A stretch of DNA of 62,839 nt, counting the filler, from Sphacelaria rigidula (lineage: Eukaryota): NCBI GenBank assembly GCA_964200075.2. It is 4 parts of 4 records of this genome, joined end to end, with 100 filler letters (N's around TTAATTAATTAA, not from the genome) between each part and the next. Parts side by side here need not be neighbours in the genome. Positions count along the whole stretch, not along the records: positions 1 to 15,648 come from CAXNAA020001660.1; positions 15,749 to 31,382 come from CAXNAA020001662.1; 2 more parts are not named here. One strand, written 5' to 3'. Under the pieces are notes generated by a model. It was not told the DNA's origin, did no database searches, and saw nothing but the letters and a program-made list of their open reading frames with translations. Shown here piece after piece: positions 11,312-23,100 of the stretch (its first letter is position 1; every line of letters starts with the position of its first letter). The position numbers were made by a program, and so were the translations under genes.

Positions 11312-11769
11312 GACCAAACACCAACCACCCTCGCGCAAGCACACACCTCCTGTCTGTGAAGTAGCGGACACAACCCTCGTGGATACCCTGTTCCCTGCTG
11401 TTGTCGGGCGATGCGGTCTGCCTGCCTGCAGGCCGAGGGGGTGCCGTAACAACTTTGCCAATTGCGCCGCATTTACGGGAGGTGCGCTACAGATCTGCGG
11501 CACCCCCCTAATTATTTTCCGTTTGTCATCTGTGCCGCCCACACACACACACACACTTCCACCACCGGCCACAACTTTCCCCCATCGATTGCGCGGCGCC
11601 TGTGTTCAGGGAAAGAGGTGTGTTTCTACATTGAGTGTAAAGGTAGGGCGCGCCGTTTAGTTTGGAGCTGTCGACGTTTGCCTAATACGTGAAGATCGCG
11701 ATTGGATCTTCCAGCAGCAAATAAGGCCCGTGTGTGCTGCTGTGTGACTCGTGCGACCAGGTGAACGCG

Positions 11770-13421
11770 ATGGGCTTTCACAAGTGCCAGTACCCGGGGT
11801 GTAATGTCAGTGGAAGCTACGGATTCGAAGACAAAGTCAAGAGGAAATCGCTCAATCAAAAGAGGAATGAATTCTGCGCCACTCACAGGCAACCCTGACA
11901 GATCGCTCCGCAGAGCATGTATTGTATCGAAAAGGGCTGCACCAAATTCAGCTCCTATCGAGCTCCAGGACGGTCAAGGTCACACTGTGCCATACACAAG
12001 ACTGATAGTATGGTGCATGCTCAAGCGGTGCAGTGCAAAGCATACGGGTGCACGACCATGGGGCGATACTCCAGGAAGAAACAGCTATGTCCTGCGCACA
12101 GAGCTCTGGCGACTTCGCTCGGCATCGCCAACAGTGAAGTCAGAGCGATGTGCCAGGACAGCTCCACTGCCGGAAAAGGCCAGCCCAGAGTCGACGGTGA
12201 CGACGACAGCGACGACAGCTCAAGCGACGACAACGCCGGAAGTGCCAGCGACGACAGCGACGTCATCTCCAGCGACGACAGCTCGAGCCACGACGAGTTT
12301 CGCCCTGCCGGACGTGCTGTAAGTAGCTTTGGTCTATCGCCAATTTCGACACACACACCAAAGATTGCCGAGGTACGGATCTAATTTTCTCTTCCTCGTC
12401 AAATTGATTAGATTGCAGGTGAGCTCCGGAGCGGCTGGAATGTCTACACGTGCCACGAGAGCTAGTGCGAGGTCCGGGCCCGCGGAGGCGGCATCAGGTC
12501 GCCCGGCCGGATCCAGTAGCGGCAGCAACGGCGACAGCGGCGCTTCCCCTGCATCCGCGGAGAGTTCCGGGAAGACGGCACCGGCATCAGATGCTCCGGT
12601 CGGAGCGGCGGCTGCGATTCCACCCTCTGCGACGGCTGGTCCGAAGGAAGAGTCGGAGGAGCGCTCGGGTGATTTTACCAAGAAACGGAGGAAGACAGTT
12701 GCAGGGCTGGCTCCCTCTTCGACCCTGACTTCGGTGCACCCTCTGGCCCAACCCTCCGTGCCGCCTCCCACAGCCGCACCACCTGGATCGGTGAGTGCAC
12801 AAAACAAATTGTAGAACACAGGTTTGCCTTTATTATGTTGTTGTGCTTGATAAACTGCAGTCTTCCCTGTCACCCGTTCCAAATCAATGTTAACAGGACA
12901 TGTGCGACACCGGCAACATCGCTGAGACAAATGAGCGGAACGTAAAACCCGAGGAGCAGCCTATGTCGGGAGATTTCTGTGTGTCTGAGTCCGCGATCTA
13001 CGCAGGGGTTTCCAAAATTTGCAGGGAAAACAGTACGCTGAAGACGGACATCGCACTCCAAGACAAGGAGATAGACGACGCGCACCACAACCTGGTGAAG
13101 GCGGACAATGAGCGCTTGCAAAAGATGCATGAAAAAATGGCTGGGCTGGAAGACCAGCAGAAGAGGCAGCGCAAACAGCTGAAAGAAAAGCACCAAGCGG
13201 CGCTCATGAAGGAAAGGGGTGAACTTTTGCGAGAGCAAGAGATTGAGAAGAGCAAGATTAAGAAACTGGTAGACGAAGAGCACGAGGATAGGCTAGTGTT
13301 TCTGCGTGAGAAAAGGCGTTGGAGAGAGGAAGGTCGGGAAAACATGGAGGCAATGCTAAAAGATGGGGAGAAGCGCAAAATGCAGCTCCTGCAGCGGCTA
13401 CCGTTGGACAGGGGCATGTAG
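11770..13421 (+). pseudogene. Spliced gene: EsV-1-7-type Cys/His repeats + Asp/Ser-rich linker + coiled coil; one premature stop; 5' end uncertain
   Basis: Exons 11770-12318, 12419-12790 and 12897-13421 joined in phase 0 by GTAAGT..CAG (100 nt) and GTGAGT..CAG (106 nt). Repeats CQYPGC..FCATH, CIEKGC..HCAIH, CKAYGC..LCPAH. TGA at 11896-11898. Confidence 0.7.
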
Positions 13422-13833
13422 ACGTGGGCGTGGGGAGGGGAAGGGTTTCATATTGTGTGCCACCGCAATAGCCGGTTATTCGATGGTGTTGCGTTTTACG
13501 TGCAAATGGAGTGTGCTATAGAGTCGGGATAGCACAAGGACACCTGTAGCACCGACGCTGCCCGTTCGGGGAATTTGGAGATGTTGCAGGGGTTGCAAGA
13601 TCAGGGTGCGTCTCTTGTGTTTTTTTACATCATGAATTAAAAAAACTTCCGGACAAAAACAAGAACAAAAAAAACATACTTGCCGCCTGCGAGGCGTCGA
13701 ACCAACATTGTGCGCCACAGTAATAGTCGGGATACCGTATTATATTCAATGGTGTTGCGTTTTGCGTGCAAAAGGAGTGGTATATCACGCCGCCGCGCCG
13801 GTAGACGTTTCATAAAGTGGTATTCTGAAACAA

Positions 13834-14277
13834 TTACTCCCAAGAGGCCTTCTTCCCTCGTTGATAAGCAACGCAAATTTCGGGATCGGCGAGCATGTAG
13901 TCAGCGACGGATTTTATTTCATCTAGTTCCAGGTCGCTCAGGCAACGAGCATATTTTTCAGTTTTGGGGTTGCGGATTGTCACGAATTTACCCGCTACTG
14001 CGTCCTCCAGTCTCTTCTTTGCTCGTAGTGCAAGGGTTTTCTCTTTCTCAGAAGAAGTTCGCATTTCTGGCGTATTGATTCCTGATATGCGGACGAGGAT
14101 TCTAACATTATTACCAGCGCGATCGACGAAACAGACACGAGCCGTGTCACCATCGTAGCAAGATGGACAGTAAACGACGTCGCCGTCTAGAAGGGGTAAA
14201 AAAGTTGAACATTCGTTGTATTCCATCTCTTCAGTCGCTAAAACATTCCGGTTTCCATCTTCTGGAACGGTGCTCAT
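13834..14277 (-). CDS. Staphylococcal nuclease (thermonuclease)-like protein
   Basis: Intact 147 aa with YDGDT, RISGINTPE and EKYARCL (DKYGRxL-like) motifs. Confidence 0.85.
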   Translation of the reverse strand: MSTVPEDGNRNVLATEEMEYNECSTFLPLLDGDVVYCPSCYDGDTARVCFVDRAGNNVRILVRISGINTPEMRTSSEKEKTLALRAKKRLEDAVAGKFVTIRNPKTEKYARCLSDLELDEIKSVADYMLADPEICVAYQRGKKASWE

Positions 14278-14454
14278 TGTTGGAAAGCGAGCAGTATCTT
14301 CATGAACTTGCTAAACATTTTTTTATGTGTCATTGCTGCTTATTGTCATGCGGTCGGCCACCTACTTCTCCCCGGAACGATCGTAGGTACGACGGGGTGA
14401 AACAACCAATGGCGAAAAATGACATATAAAATGTTTACGGTTCATATACAAACA

Positions 14455-15510
14455 ATGCCGTTTTCCACACGCATTTTTTGTAGTGCGATCGTGATTGGTC
14501 TGGGCACAGGGCCCGGCAGGGCGATGGAGTGCGAATGTAGCACGCCCGCCCCGGCTGCAGAGTTTGTCACAAGTTCCCCAACTGCAACAATGGCGAAAGA
14601 AGAAACGCGGACCATTGCGATAAAAAACATGTGCTCCTTTGATGTAGACCTCGACTTCACCGGTGGTTTTGCGGGCTCGGCGCCATGCGACGACAATCAG
14701 GAAGAGAATGTGGGTGGTGAACGGTGCTTCTGAAGTCTTGATCTGCCAGATTTGCTAGAAGCCGGGCAAGAAACACTGGTGGAAATTCATCGTGCAGAAA
14801 ACGACGTTGTCTGGTCTGGCGCCATTCATGGCATACAATCTCCGTGGAAGGACAAAGCGTGCTCAGGGGGCTGCACTGCGAGCAGAGGCCCCTCTGGCAC
14901 CGTGACTCTCGCCGAGTTTACGATGCTCGCAAACCCAACGCTAGCGTACTACGACATTTCGAACGTCCACGGAGCGAACATCCCGACAAGTTTTGGCCCT
15001 ACCAACGCTGTTGAAGGAGATGGCCCCTATCGGAATGGTGTCGCGGGTGGCGAGTGTTCCTGGCGAATGGAGCCGCCCGAAGAATACCGCAAATATCTCA
15101 TTGAGGTGAAAAACGCCCACGGAAGTTGTTCGCACGACGACGAGTGTGATGGGGGGGAGGTTTGTGGTGCTTCCTTTGTTGGTGACACTCCGGTGTACGG
15201 TACTTGTGGAGAGCTGTTCGGTTTTCTCAACGCTCATACGAACTGTATAGAGGGCTCTCAGGGGTATCCGTTTGATTGCCAGAAATATCGCGACTTGTTC
15301 GGTTGTTCCGGACAGTACGGCGAATCGGGCTACAGTCAGAGTGTGACGAGCGCAGAACACGTGTGTGGTTGCTCCGACTATGGTGAACTAAATATCCCCT
15401 AGAGCTTCCCATGCATCAACTCTAACCCGCTTTGGATTGACGTGGGTTATCCTTGGGTAGAGTACATGAAAAGGGGGTGTGTTAGCGCACACAAGTATCC
15501 TTATTCCGAT
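14455..15510 (+). pseudogene. Secreted thaumatin-like (PR-5) protein, disrupted and 3'-truncated
   Basis: Hydrophobic N-terminus; IKNMCSF, TLAEFT, YYDISNVHGANIP and KRGC..YPYSD motifs. In-frame TGA at 14731 and TAG at 15400; reading breaks after ~15510. Confidence 0.85.
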
Positions 15511-15550
15511 TGACGTGGAGTATCCTTGGGTAGAGTCATTCACACTTGGG

Positions 15551-15644
15551 CATCTCTTCGTAGCTCATTGAAGTCAAGCGGCGTCGGGCCAGGCTAGTAC
15601 TACGGTGGGGGACCACGTGGGAAGCCCTGGTGCTGTTTCTTTTT
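15551..15644 (+). rRNA. 5'-truncated 5S rRNA sequence (partial gene or pseudogene) followed by a T-run
   Basis: GAAGTCAAGCGGCGTCGGGCCAGGCTAGTACTACGGTGGGGGACCACGTGGGAAGCCCTGGTGCTGT matches the conserved 3' part of eukaryotic 5S rRNA; TTTTT follows. The 5' ~30 nt are absent. Confidence 0.8.
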
Positions 15645-15648
15645 CATC

Positions 15649-15748
15649 NNNNNNNNNNNNNNNNNNNNNNNNNNNNNNNNNNNNNNNNNNNNTTAATTAA
15701 TTAANNNNNNNNNNNNNNNNNNNNNNNNNNNNNNNNNNNNNNNNNNNN
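15649..15748. other. Artificial contig linker
   Basis: N44-TTAATTAATTAA-N44 (stops in all six frames). Confidence 0.98.
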
Positions 15749-15786
15749 AGACTACTGACAAGTCAGCGCTGACTTGTCAGTAGTCT
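15749..15786. repeat. Perfect 38-bp palindrome at contig start
   Basis: AGACTACTGACAAGTCAGC|GCTGACTTGTCAGTAGTCT. Confidence 0.85.
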
Positions 15787-15899
15787 AGGTGGTTGTCTCT
15801 TAAACCGTCACAGAGCCCAGCAACGACCAATAGAATAGGATATAACTATGAGTTGCAGGTAACCCCGCACCCCTCATGCCTAATTAACGACGAAGCGAG

Positions 15900-16740
15900 C
15901 CACCGTCTGGGTCAATTCCATGTTGAATTCCTCGAGGTCTGTTGTTGCCGTTGCTGTAGCAACGGCTCTCCTTTTGGCGGCTCTCCTTTTGGCGGCTCTC
16001 AACGCGGCAGTTCCTCGCTTGTGGCGTGGGTTAAATTGGCGGAGGTCTTCTCGTCGCCGTATCTGCTCTAAATCTGTGTTCCCTTTGCGACCTCAACGCA
16101 GTATTTTCTCACGTTCATACCAATAGTGGCCTAGTCTTGTGAGTCTTTGACATGCAACATGGTGAACGAAGCACGTCCTTCGTTCTCCTTTACATGGAAT
16201 AGCCCCTAGGGCACTTAGACTTTCTTGGAGTCCCCCCCGAGTGTTTCAGAGACCGATCAGTCCCCTTGGATCCTTGTGCAACCAACCGTCCAAACATGAT
16301 GCGCCTCGGGAGACGTGCTTCATCTTCCTGGACGAGCGTCCGCGCGGACCAGAGTTGACTCTTGTGGATGATCGTCTCGCTACAGTTGCGTCTAGTCATC
16401 TCAGGGGTGGCTCTGCACGAAAGGGTCGTGCCTCCAATGCGACCCTTCCGGTAGAAGTCAACTACTTGCAGCAAGGGCGTATGGTGGGTAGCGCGAAGAT
16501 TTTTCAAGCCATCTGGGTGCAGTGTCCACGTATCACTCCTTTGTAGCGTAGCTCCGACCACCTCCGCTTTGAGCAGGTAGACGTCGCCGATTGCCGAGCA
16601 TTTGGTCGACCGTAGAGTTGGGAGATATACTTCCAAGGCATGCCCACGCAGCGCTGATGCGACACGAAATTTGAATAAAAATACCAGCATCTTTACTGAT
16701 AACACCACCAAGGTAAACAAAAGTCGGCCTTCTGTGCCAT
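15900..16740 (-). mobile_element. 5'-truncated non-LTR retrotransposon relic (RTE-like, post-RT region)
   Basis: Frameshifted FVYLGGVIS..ISCRISAAWAC and RLPRRIMFGRL segments typical of RTE-clade ORF C-termini. Confidence 0.65.
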
Positions 16741-17147
16741 TCGTTCGTCGTGTCGATGAGAAATGCCGTCGCTGAGGAGCTGGGTACTGACCACAGACGC
16801 GATGCGGCCGGTTCTTGTCTGAAACCTCTACTCCGAACTATTGGCAGACCACAAGTATTACTATACCCGAGCGCGCACGCCATCGTGGAGCATACGAGTG
16901 ACCTCCATCATCCGTGGCGGAACTACAGAGCGGACAAGCATGTGGATAATGACCATCGTGTGGATAATGTTTTTTGCTGCTCCTGACCACGGGCTGGATT
17001 GTTGCAATCAGCTCATGTGAGATAACCAATCAATCAATCAATGGCCACGACTGGATCATGACTGGATCATGACTCCTGCGGGATCAGGTAAAGTGCGCAA
17101 ATCCATAAACCAACCAATTTGGGCGAAAAGCTGATCGAGGAACCCAC

Positions 17148-20100
17148 CTGGCAGTCATGACCACATATCGGGTTGTGCCCCTACCGCCATCACATTTCAC
17201 CCATGCTTCAACGGTGAATGGTAGATGCGACTGCATTGGTGCCAGAAACTTGCCAGTGTGCTTGGTGTCCACATAGCATTTCGTGGCCGGGTCCAAGTGA
17301 ACGGCTCGGTTCAGGGGGTCATTGCAGATCGGCCCAGGTCGTTCAAACTTGACGGGGCCCACGAAATATCCACTTATGGCGATGCCACCTTTGCCATGGT
17401 TTACTGCTACTCTCGAGCCCTTCCGCTCCTGCAGCGAGAGACAAACAACAATCACGAACGGCATCAGTGGGAGCACACAGCAAGTATGCAGTTCCATGGA
17501 TGACGCGTTTGTAGCGAGGGTGTACGATCGCAGGGTCCGTGAAGGAGCTGGACGCATAATGTCAGATATCTCAACGCGCTTGGGGGTCAATAGCTCACCT
17601 GGAGCGTAAGATAGAGCTCTGGCCCTGCCCCCTGTACGAGCTGCACATAGCTCGTGGCGCGGACCTTGTTCGCTTGTAACACGAGGACTGAGGCATCCGC
17701 CAACTCTTTCATCGGGACGTTGTGCTTTACCCTGGAAAGGCGCCAACCCGTGCGGGTCGAGGAAGGGAGGCAAAAGGGGCGTTCCTGTTTATGTGGGTAA
17801 TACTCCACGTTGCACACATCCCAGAAACCGGTGAAATGTATTCACTATCTGAGCGATGAAGCGTGGTGCAGCCACATACCTGATGGGGGGATGCGATATG
17901 TCTAGAGTCGTGAAGCGAAATCCGCAGGGATGATGGCAAAAATGACTCGCGCATGCCCTCGACAACGCAAAGCCCATCATGTCCTGTCAGCATGGGGATT
18001 CGATTGCGGAGATACAGCGATGAAACTGCCGTGTGGTCAGACAAAGGTAGGTGGTATCATCACACAGGAAAATATGTAGTGGTTGAGATGGCACACATCG
18101 CGGAAGGCGAAGTCAACCAAGAAGACGGGATGCAGCTAGCCACCGCCTCGCTTGTCTGGTACATCAGTTCATCCACGTACTTCCAAATACACTCACTGTA
18201 CAGCAAAAGGTAGTACATGTCACACAACGGCCAGGCGCGAAATATATTGTACGGCTGATATCAGCCGTATACTGTGGAAGCCTGAGTTCGATTCTCGGAT
18301 TGGTCACCCATGTAATGGTCGCGTGCTCTGAATGCACAGATGGTGCGTACAAGCACACAAGCTGGGGGTTGCAAAGTGCAAGTGGCCAGAAATTGTATAA
18401 TAGGTACGTCTCGATGCGTCCAGCACACAGGACACAGGGCCAGGAAATCCGATGCATTACTGCACCAAACATCGACTCACTTGTACGTGCAGTGAAGGCG
18501 TCTTGAATTTCAGCGGGATCTCTCCAAGTAGAGGGCTGATGGCTTATTCGATCAGGCCTTCCTAGCTGAGTGTAGCTATGGTTCTGAAACGTGGGTGGTG
18601 CACTCCAAACCAGACCAGAATACGACACCCGTATCACGCAAATGGAACACGGCCCACCGCACACAGAACACGTTTTCCGAAGTGCCCTTTACCCAAACGG
18701 CTGGTATCAGCCGCAACATCTCTAAAGAAACGGTTTTCCAATTTAGAGGTGTTTACATGTTTCACTCGAGTGATACGAAAGTCATCAATCTCGCTACCGG
18801 ACTGAGTGAAAAAAAAAGCACGTACGTAGTTCTTGTGTGTCACATTGCGTAGTTCCAGGCATCACCAGCTGTAGCGAAACTCAGGGGCATAACTTACGCA
18901 TCTGAAGGCGGACTGAAAGAGGCACCCGCTACTTGACCACGACCACCAGCGGATCACTATCCAATAATGTAGTTGCTCGATTGCTCAAGTCCTGCTCCAG
19001 TCGGAGTTGGTCCTGCCCTACCTGGATGCGCTGGATGATATGCATGATGCAGGGCTGGAGAATAAACCTCACGTTGCACCCTTCGGCATGATCTACTGCC
19101 AATTCTCCGAATCTAGCTAGCACGCTCGGCAAGAGGCGCTCATTCCAGAAATTTTGAGATTGCTCGTGGCTGCCAGTGATAATATTCAAGAGTTCCACGG
19201 TCAGAAACACCTGACGAAAACAAAGGGAGAGTACACGTGGGACGGTTTGAATAAAATACTGTGGCTGTGATTTTCTTGCATCACATTGACAATGGGCCAC
19301 GAAGTACTATCTATAGCTTGTCAACATAGGGTTGCAACAGCACCTGAGTCTGATGTGTTGTGACACGGGTTTGAGTTGCTGACATCCTCAGGTAGTGCCG
19401 AAGAACGTTCTTCGCAGCCCTCGCTACCATTTCGGCGAGTAGCAGTAGGCGCATCTCCACGCAATTCTTGTCGGAGACCACCTTCCCCTTGAAGATGGGG
19501 ACATTGTTACGACTCATGATTTCCACCTAGCATAATTATGAGACGGGAGAAACTGGGTTTGTTTAAACACGCACAAAGTCAAGGTAGTACAACCCCTTTC
19601 ACAAATGCGTATGAACGAAAATCATACAACAATTGAGATCGTACCTTGCGGTCCAAGGTGACGCTGGATGCCGACATTTCGTGCTTTGCCTTGGCACTCA
19701 CTTTAAAAACATGGTCATCGATGCGAACCTGCCACAGCAATGTGGACAAGAGGTGAGAAATTCGGGTGACCATGTACCTGAAGAATCGTCGGTATCATTT
19801 CATTAATGTAATACCACGAGCATCACCCGTCAAGCAAATGTAGACACCCATATCGTCACATTTTGGAAAAACATTGCAGCATGAACATCGACATCGACAT
19901 GAACATGAACATCAACACATTGCTAGCATTTGCTGACCTGATCCCTCGGACGAAGTTGCATTCGTAAATCAGCCCTCGTGCGGATGCGACTGGAATTGAA
20001 CGACAAATCAACGTTTCCTTGCAGAGGCCTCCAGAACATGTCCCGAAGAAGACCCATGTGTCGAATGCCGATACCTCGGCGGTGCATTTCGGCTGTTAAG

Positions 20101-23100
20101 TCGATGCCATACCCCGTCGCTGCATCGGTGCCTCCCAAGTCTTTGCGACAGAGGTCTTCGGCAAAATTGGGTACGACCTGAGATAAATCGGCCGAGCTAC
20201 ACCGTGAGTCAGACCAGAGTATGGTGCCCAGCCCTTTACACTTCGCGCTTCTATGCGAGAACTCGTCTTGGGTTGAGTGCTCAACATCTCACCCGGGAAC
20301 GCTTTTGCTTACTACACGCTCGCCGCTACAAGCTGGTCCCACCAAGGAGCATGGGAAAACATCGTTTGAACTTTCCTCAAGATCTACCAGTAGCAAAAGC
20401 ATGATGCAGTTGAACACATTTGGTTGGTGTTAACAAGACGAACACAGCACCATGACTGGAGCTGCGTTGCGAGTTACCCATGAGGAAACAGCGAGTGGGA
20501 CCAAATGCAATCGTTCCTTACGGCATCATCCATGAAATAGTAATATTCCAAAAATTGGCTATTTCTCTTCCCGCTCCTTCTCCGCATGCGATACGAATTA
20601 TCATTCGAAACTTCACACACGCATGCATTCCTACTGCCGAGACCAAAACTTTTGCTCCTATCTTTTTCGACTCTACACTTCAGAAATCCGGATTTTTGAT
20701 GATTTTCAAACATTTCCTCAACCTAAACGGCTGAATATATCTGTTGTAGATGCGACCGTGGAGATTTATCCTATTTCCCCATGTATGTACATTCAGTACA
20801 CACAGGTAAAAGATTACAACCGGTAGCTTGTGAAGTCAGCAAAAGTCGATGAATGAATAGATGGCTAAAATTTACCAGCGTCGTTTCCGGGGAAACTTCC
20901 CTAGGGGGAAGTGATTGTGGTAGTACTACACGAACGCTGCTTGTTACGAGTGACGTTGTGAAACTTCGCAAACGTTTGCGTATTCTCAGTCACAGGTTAT
21001 GGGTGTGCCTCGATTTCACTTCTCGATTCTTTACCCGAGTTTTTTTTTCACATTTAGGAGATCTTGATTTTAAGATAAGAAATCGAAATAAGCTTAGATG
21101 CCGTTTGTTTGTACTCCGGATGCACCCGTCACTGCAAATTTTTAAATCATGATTCGGAAAACCCAAGAGGGAAACATTGAAATGACCGACATATTCTCAC
21201 GGCATGCATCCGGGTGTTTCGCTATTCTTGCTTTTCCTCCTGTAATATTTACGAATCATGACCTGAACTTCCACGACAGCGTTCCCAGGGGCAATATCAA
21301 GGTCGTGACTCTGACCTAATATTTGTTTTTGACGACTTTCGAGATATGTGACGCCGGGACATGGTATAACCGTGCCGAATCGAAGAATAGCTTTAACCTT
21401 CAGGGCTTGGGACTCTCATCGCAGTGCATCAATATATTTTTCATTTCTGCTCATATTAATTTTTTGGCGCGTGTTCAGTCGCTCAACTAACCGTTCAACC
21501 AACCGATAGCCGCATCAGCTGAGGGCGAGCGATCAAGCGACCAAAGAATAGAGAAAAAATGTATATTGTGTCTCTTTCGGGAAAACGTGCCCAGGTATGC
21601 ACGGATAGCCAATTGATTGGCGCTAATACAATCAAAGCGCTCTGTTTGTGACTCTCGGGTCTTGGGGGATAGAATGACTCGATCATGGAGTAAAATTTTC
21701 TACCCTCTTTTCGATACTTGACACTTGATTTTGTGTACAAACTTCCTTCGGAATCGCCAGCCTCCTTTGCCTTCCTCTGTTTTTCGGAAGGCTCGACTGA
21801 CCCAGCACAAATAAAATAAAGAAATAGCAACAAGCGACCGGGAGGAACGAGGGGCCGTGCTCTTGCGACGGCCAAGTGATGCAATAATGAATGGCAGAAG
21901 ATATCACTTCTATGTGTCTCCTACAGCAATGACTGACAGCGGTATGGTCGTGGACAGAGGCCGCCAGCGGCCACCGCCGCACACAACAAAACCAGGGTTT
22001 GCCACACATTAACTCGGCTAATACATTTCTTTTTCTTTGTTTGCCCGTCATTGACTTTCACTCACTACACCCCAAGACACGTCGCTGCCCCTGCTTGACA
22101 TCGCGCTAGGAGTCACGTCTATTGGTGACGGCTTTGCACACAGATGATATACGGGACTGTAGCGGACTGTACTGCACGGTGCGAGCGGTACTGGCTGATT
22201 TGTTCTCTGTTCTATATTCTATGGTGTGCTGTGGTGTACCGCACCGCTTTTTCGTGACCGGTGTGGGATCTGACCTGCACCGACTGGACGTCACTGTTTG
22301 AGTACGTGCTTGATTTTGATGACGCGCGTCATTCGTCTTGTTGACGACCACCCACCAAACGCGTTGTCAGTCGTTCGTGAGCCCGGGTTCAAAAATATTA
22401 ATGCCTTAGTTTACAAGTGAGTGTAGTATCCCCACAAGGCATATTTCCGTTTTCCCCACTACGAGGAGCATGCTCGTTTTGAACAGAGCTCTTCTAATTT
22501 GGCAAAGAAACGTTCGAGTGACGTTTCTCTCGTATTGCTTCCTGGAACCAGCATGTGCGTATATTGCGACCCATATTCATGTCAGCGATATATATATGAC
22601 TGACAACCTTAGACAAGCTCACGGCGCCACAAGGTGGGGCATGAAGTGTGCCCCCGGTAAAATGCGAAGACTACGGCTCTCGGACAATGAACAGTACTTA
22701 CTCACCTCATGCACGAGCCGACGTGTTGCCTCATGTACATCGTTTGCCTGTTGGCGCCAGTCCGGTGAGCCGTGCGTCACCAACAGGTTGGCATCTGGAC
22801 TAAGTGGCACTGGGTTGGACCGCACCAGCTCAGGCCTCAAACATCTCCACATGATACTCTGCCCACGTGCGGCTTGTTTGAGGTGTGGTGTGGCCGCTGG
22901 ATCTTCCGATGGGAACGCGCGCCAAAAATTGAGGACGTAAAAGTGGTGCTTGCCTGTGCGGTACGCCCTCAGGTCTGCCGAGGCCCACATCGTCTTACTA
23001 TTCAGCTCGCGTGCGCCCTGTACATGTGAACGTGACGAATGTCCAGATGCACGATACCCAGTCGGGCGGAGTGTGTGTGAAGGCTATTTTGCATGACTCG

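Larger units (their letters stand above)
1100..15540. mobile_element. Endogenous giant-virus element (Phaeovirus/NCLDV-like), degenerating
   Basis: Compact, mostly intronless genes with short AT-rich spacers. Content (HGDLH kinases, EsV-1-7-type Cys repeats, ankyrin, SNase, thaumatin-like) resembles phaeoviruses. Many nonsense codons and frameshifts; host repeat and 5S sequence at the edges. Boundaries approximate. Confidence 0.75.

Noticed and set aside
11734..11800. PHD-finger-like LLCDSCD..GFHKC
   Set aside because: In-frame stop just upstream and wrong spacing; the following Cys fit the EsV-1-7-type repeat.
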